From assembly GCA_030141605.1 (NCBI GenBank), contig JAQGDQ010000087.1, positions 186,001-250,000 on the forward strand: DNA of 64,000 bases. The letters are read 5' to 3'. The position numbers and the translations under genes are program-made. Positions 57,943-64,000 of this stretch are shown here, piece by piece (position 1 is the stretch's first letter; each line of letters starts with the position of its first letter). The notes below the pieces were generated by a model. The model saw nothing but the letters and a program-made list of their open reading frames with translations. It made no database searches and had not been told where the DNA came from. Origin of the DNA: Tubiluchus corallicola. Taxonomy: Eukaryota > Animalia > Priapulida.

Positions 57943-58606
57943 AAAGAGTTTATCGTTTGCATCCAATTGTATACGAAGGTATGTTTAAAATGACCGAATC
58001 GATTTTGAACGATCATCGTTTCTCTGTGGCAAAACCAATTTATTTATTTTATTTATAATTTATTTATTCAGTGCTGATATACTGAATACTATGTAACTAC
58101 TGCATAAAGAGGTGTTTAACCAGGTAAAAACAGGTGTTTTTAGTTGAAAGTTTTTTTTTACTCTCTAACACTGTAAGTTCATACACAGCTCCTGTAAAAT
58201 ATTTGAATAGTTTACTAGTTAGTGCAACGGCCAGCAGAATAAGGTGATAAATCATTATTTCCTTTTGAAAATAACTGCAATAATATTCACAAATAGCTAT
58301 AAACTGGCACGGTTGACGACCTATTGCTGGGTTTTTATTTATTAGATTACTATTTATTTATTCTATTAAAAACCAATGGAAGTGATAGTGCAGAAATGAC
58401 CCGCCTCTATACCAGCATGAACCGTACGATTGTGAATGCACTATTACATAAATTATAATCGTGAAAATAAGCAGTAGGATTGCCGTTTTTATTTTTGCAG
58501 ATGATGAGATGAAGCATACTATTTAGACTAATCACGCATTAGTCTTATTTCAGTTACGCAGTTTCCACGCTGTATTCATGTTACAGAAAAATCTGAAAAA
58601 GCGTAA

Positions 58607-59302
58607 TGGCCTGTTTATATATAGGGCGATTTCCTGCTCTGACTGCTCTCTGAACGATTTTTTTTTACAAAAAAACGCGGTTTTCCTGCAAGCAACTTAT
58701 CAGAAGTGGGCTTTGTTAGTTCGAGAACAGCAAAGGCGCTGCTTTGTCAGAAACAAATAGATCTCTACACACGTGTTTATGAAGTGCACATTGCACAATG
58801 GCTGATAAAAACGAAACAATATTCGAAGTGGAAGAGAATCCTTTATTATATGATAAAAACCTAACTGAGTGCAAAGATAGTACAAAAACACATTTTACAA
58901 AACAAGTTATCTGTCGTGAGATTATGTTTGTCTTCCTTCTGTTTGTGCGTTCATCTCTCTCTCTTTTCTCCTCCTCCCCCTCTCTCTCCCTCTTTCTCTC
59001 ACTCTCCCTCCCTCTCTCTCTATCTCTTTCCTCCCTCCCTCTCTCTCTCTATCTCTTTCCTCCCTCCCTCTCTCTCCCCTCTCTCTCTGCCACACTTTTT
59101 ATCGTTCAATAGTCTTCTTTGCAACACTTCATACACTGATGCACGCCTGTATCTTCTAGCAGTTTTACGATTTCGTCTGTACAAATACAGTATCAACATT
59201 TCATCCACAACGAACAACGTCATTTTTTTAAAGTGACGTGAAAACCACTTTATATTTGAACAACGAGCCGTGTGGGAAACCACCCCACGTATAAACGGGC
59301 CA
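58607..59302. mobile_element. Internally deleted PIF/Harbinger DNA transposon
   Basis: TAA|TGGCCTGTTTATAT ... CGTATAAACGGGCCA|TAA (TIRs plus 3-bp TAA TSD). MADF/Myb-like remnant on + (58798-58923) and transposase-like N-terminus on - (59223-59095). Confidence 0.8.
58953..59088. repeat. Degenerate CT-rich microsatellite
   Basis: Seen directly. Confidence 0.9.
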
Positions 59303-60374
59303 TAAGCTTGGGCCCATTGACAAACTATAATGACAAAAAATGCAACATTTAGTAAAAACAGATCAAGCTTACGTGTTTATGTTCTCAAAATCTATTGCTG
59401 TTTGTCACAATATAACTAACACAACACTATGTTATTAAGATTACGTAATATTGACAGTTCATTACTTTGTTAATAACTATTCCATACATACACTTAAGCC
59501 CAATTTTGCAACGCGACCCAGAGACTATAGGCCTACCACTGACGTAAACGCACAGACGACTAGATATCGGCTTGCGGATCAAAGTTTTGCCTTGTCTGCA
59601 CTTATTATCAAAAAACCGTTAATCAAGTTAAACTTGGGCCCTTATTGTGCAAATAATCGTGTTCTTTTTCGCAGACCTACGTGCGAGGGTATACTTAACT
59701 CTGGCACTCTTGTAAGTCTGATTCAAACGAAATATTCGAACAAAAGGTGGGTCAAAATTGTGACTGCAAAAGGTCGAGTCGACCTAATAATTTTCAAGTC
59801 GACTACTGCAACTATAATGGGGCTAACTGAGCCTATATATTTTTACTGATACGGCGCATATTAAATAAAGAAAGCCTGTGTGACGTTTTGTAGCTATTTC
59901 GTTTCTATCACATGCAATTAGTTAAGAGGGCAAAGGATGCCAACTCGGGCAATATTGAGCAAAATTTGAAAAAAAATCAATTAAACTGCGAACTTTCCAT
60001 TCAGTAAAAAGGATGCGATTGTCAATCAACTGAAGCTGGCTTTTGCATTATATTTTTATCATGATTGTTTGCTTAATGAACGTGAATCTAGAGTTTAATA
60101 TGAAGTGTTTTCGATTTAACATAATAATAGCAGCCATTTAGGATCTTAGCATTTTATAAATCTGTTGCTTGAGATTGGCTGTTCTTGGCTCAAAATTGTT
60201 AAAATAATTTTTGATCAACCTAGCGGCTTTGTCCAGTCACACATCGAACACCATTATGTTGATCACAAGAAAACCTATCAGAGGTTTAATTAAAATTACG
60301 AGGAAACGAAAGCATCAGGGAACGTCAAGGTAAGGTTGGCAAAAAGCGTCAAGTAATGAATTTACTTTTTAAAT

Positions 60375-61330
60375 TCAGAAAGCACAGATTCAGAAATAAT
60401 TTATCATTTTTTTTAATTAAAGTTTATTTCAGCAAATATGCCATATAAAAGTTAAAATTTACACCAAAAACATAAGAAAGACTGCATGCTATACACTATT
60501 AAAGAGTTACGAAAATTTACAAAAAAATACAATAAAAATACATATAGAATTTAAAAATATAAAGCATCATTTAATCAGCCAGCGGTTACAACTTCGCGCC
60601 ATCTTCTAAATGTTCTACTATAAAATTACACATCAGTTTGGTGACAGATATAATTTACAATAAAATTTGCTGATCCAATCATTCTTGTTCTTAAACTATA
60701 GGCAGAGTGACGCGAAAATACTTTAAATGTGTTATATTATTTTCTGCACATATTGTAGAAGATGGCATATCATAAGCCATGAGATATCATGAGATGGCAT
60801 AACGCGTGAGAAACTTGTGAATAGCAACGTTGCAAGTGGTGTGGATTGTGATATTTGTATTAAACCATAAGTTATTACAGCATACGTTGCTACAGAATGA
60901 ACGAAATGGCATAGTTTTCACATTTTTGAACAAGAGTTAAGTTTAGTTAATAACATCTTAGATCTAGCTATTAGCAAACGATTTTGGTTATTTACGTCTA
61001 AATCATCAGAAAGACCATTAAAAAGCCAATAACTTATGGTTATTTTTATCACAGATTTCAGCACCGTCAAGAGTTACGTCTCCCTCAGTGATATGTCACA
61101 TATTATTCGGAATAAAATCTATGCGATAGTTTGAATAACGAAATAAAATATTTTGTGCAACGTTTGTATGGAGGGAGCTAATATGCACAAGTCATTAGCG
61201 TATAAAAGATGATTTGTACCAAGGTTACCATGATAATGATTTTCATGTATCTGCCGTAGATTTTGTACATTGCTGACCTGATACTGAGGAATCAGTCGCA
61301 AATACCGTTGTCCTGCGATCCACATAGCAA
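60375..61330 (-). mobile_element. Degenerate LINE (L2/Crack/Daphne group) reverse transcriptase and 3' end
   Basis: NHLLYANDLCILAPSIQTL is a decayed YADD motif. Downstream is LSDDLDVNNQNRLLIARSKMLLTKLNSCS...FRSFC...LW, then AATAAA and a short TCTGAA-type tail. Confidence 0.8.
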
Positions 61331-61944
61331 TCCGGACCTAAAGAACTATATATCCTTTCATGTAAAACATATTATAAATTTTGTCTGTATCAACAGTTAC
61401 TGGCTCATTGGTCTGATATCCTTATTTTCAATGCACGAAGCATTTAAATTCGTACTTTGTACCTAAATCATGCAGTTTGTAAACACTGCTGCTTATATGC
61501 AGTAGCGTTTAGATAAGAATTGTTCACTGGAACAGATGCCGGTACTTTTTTCTGATTGTAAATGACAGCGAGTATTCACGTGTGTTCACACGTGTGTGTT
61601 GAAAAGGCAAGCCTAGGCGATAGAGTAAACACGGCCAGGCCCGGTTAGCTCAGTCAAGCATGATTCAAGGATTGCACTTTCTTCATGGATCTATTTAAAG
61701 AATGGCGCTCAAGTGGTCAGTCGTGTCACACATCGAAGTTGTCGTTCATTGTCGCCATGGACACAATCTAGAATTCATGTTAACTCGGAAACGCAGTTAG
61801 AATCACGAATCTCGCAAACTGGACACCAAGACTAGGAGCCCTGGCAATGATAATTGTGAAAGATCAAAGGCTCAAGGGACACAGGACATCGGTCAGTTCG
61901 AGCCATAATATTCAATACGCAGAAAACTAGAGTACATAGAATCA

Positions 61945-62237
61945 GGAAACCAGAAGGTGTAGACACCTGGGGTAGGGGCTCAACCACTGGTGCAGTCTAA
62001 AAGGAAACCAGAAGGTGTAGACACTTGGGGTAGGGGCTCAACCACTGGTGCAGTCTAAAAGGAAACCAGAAGGTGTAGACACCTGGGGTAGGGGCTCAAC
62101 CACTGGTGCAGTCTAAAAGGAAACCAGAAGGTGTAGACACCTGGGGTAGGGGCTCAACCACTGGTGCAGTCTAAAAGGAAACCAGAAGGTGTAGACACCT
62201 GGGGTAGGGGCTCAACCACTGGTGCAGTCTAAAAGGA
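61945..62237. repeat. Near-perfect 58-bp minisatellite, 5 copies
   Basis: GGAAACCAGAAGGTGTAGACACCTGGGGTAGGGGCTCAACCACTGGTGCAGTCTAAAA x5, with a single C>T in copy 2. Confidence 0.97.
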
Positions 62238-64000
62238 CCCCATATAGAAACTAAAATGTGAAAATTTTAGTGAAAGTGTGAAAGTAAGGGAAACTGCTCA
62301 ATCACACAAGTAAACTGCACTAGACCAGGCATACTCAAGTAACAAGCACGGTCAAGCTTGCAAAAATGGGAAAAGGCCAACCCAAGCTACATTATTGTAG
62401 CTATGTTTTGTTTATCCAGAATTCAGTTGTTTTATAAACCATGTAATTATAGATATCAGCTGATATCTGATGGTGACAATGGAAACGTGACAGTTTGACT
62501 AACAAAGTTGAAGAGGAAGCGGGAGAACAATTTTAGCGCAGCTGCTTCTAAAGGGGAACGCGTCAACCTATTTGTGGGAGACACATAGCTGAGTGGTTAC
62601 GGGTATGTGCTTATAGCCATCGACGTAAAAGTAAAGCCTCAGCATGCTCAGTACAATGGATAGTTAACAACCCGGAGAGCTATCTCTAGGCGCTTTTCGT
62701 TTGTTATATAGCTCCGTTCAGCCCTCGTCCGGCTATTTAACTCTTTGAGGACTGAAGATGTGAAGATGCTGAACGGCTTATCTAAGAAGATTATCTGAAA
62801 TAATTATCTTTGATATGACTAGATTCTAGAACTGGAACTAGATACTGTTGCCAGGTGCTGCATCACGGCTTGCAGAACACCAACGGTTATAAAAGCAAAT
62901 GCTGATAGTTTGGCGCCAAATTTCTTTGCTATCTAAGTAGCCATATGCCCAACATGAAAATGCTTAATACAATGGCATAAATCACAAATCCAGTTATTAG
63001 AGAAATTAGAGCTTTTGTGAATTTGTGACATTGGAGAAAATATGTATGTTAGATTAAAAAAACAAGCGATAAGCAAAATTATAAAATAATAACCTTATCA
63101 CGGAAGTGAACCTGTGACGTTCGGGACAGAAGAATACTTGCAGAGTATTAGCTGCAAACGTAACTGTATTTAATCATGATAAGCAAAATGATACAAAAAT
63201 GAGCATAAAATATTAACTGTAAGTACGCTGTACCGTACCAGTACGTGTGTATCATCAATCTCGCCTCCAGTGATATTTGTTTTAGATTTTTTTTTTGCTT
63301 GGTACAGAAGTCAGACATTTATATACATTTCGGTAAAGAACAAAGACTGTAATGTCTAGAAAGGGTGCACATTATTATCTTCAATATTTATTTTCTTAGA
63401 TACTTGTATGCAGGTATTTATGCTAGTAGTACATGAATTAGCTGAAAGCGATAAAAGATGAATTTAAAAACAGACAGGACAAGGTCAGCAGTTATTTGTC
63501 TATATACACGTATTAAATATAAGCTTGATGCCAAGATTTTCATTAGTAATGGTAAAAACCCACGATTAAATAAACTTTGTCGAGAACAACGCCAGTATGG
63601 CGCTTCTCGAGTAAAAGTGTTTACATTCATGGTTACATGGATCTGCCCTTGCAAACTTGTTTCATAGTATACATTTTTAAAACTGTATGTAAACTAGTTT
63701 TGGATTCATTCCCATGTTGCCGTATAATCACGTGCATATAGGCTTCCGTCTCAGAAGGTATGTGTAGTTATAATCTTGCAAAAAATTGTTTAGCTAGCTT
63801 GGGGTGTCATACCATCACGTTATGGCACTCCCCCCTCCCTCCTTATCGAGGATAATCAGTAGCCAGTTCTCAGTGTGTAGTCGTTATATTTGTATTTTGT
63901 AGTGTTTATGAAAATTACTTCACTCATGCTCATTTTGACGTAGTCGTTAATTTAATGTAGCTAATAGCTCATACATAGCATTTAGCTGCATTTATTCGAT

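Noticed and set aside
59451-59849. 132-aa TTG-start ORF
   Set aside because: No ATG start, recognisable domain or splice support; it lies among repeats.
61945-62237. CRISPR-like array
   Set aside because: Units are contiguous and near-identical with no spacers; eukaryotic context and no cas genes.

Overview
AT-rich, intron-rich eukaryotic (invertebrate metazoan-like) genomic DNA, not prokaryotic. The main feature is a + strand liprin-alpha gene (PPFIA/syd-2 family). I assembled it by hand from 24 coding exons between 21436 and 52057 (about 1168 aa): coiled-coil region, disordered linker, three SAM domains and a divergent C-terminus. All splice phases are consistent. One intron appears to use a GC donor, and several exons have alternative in-frame acceptors. 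The canonical first coding exon is not in the window, so 1-21435 is probably a large intron. A convergent minus-strand ORF or terminal exon of unknown identity lies at 56715-57200. The rest is repeat-rich non-coding DNA: MITEs, a deleted PIF/Harbinger element with remnants of both ORFs, LINE 3' fragments, tRNA- and 5S-derived SINE-like pieces, minisatellites and microsatellites. I found no CRISPR array and no clearly novel multi-gene system. The most interesting signals are candidate alternative first exons and splice-site features of liprin-alpha. Nearly all short ORFs in the supplied track are spurious or are read-throughs of real exons.
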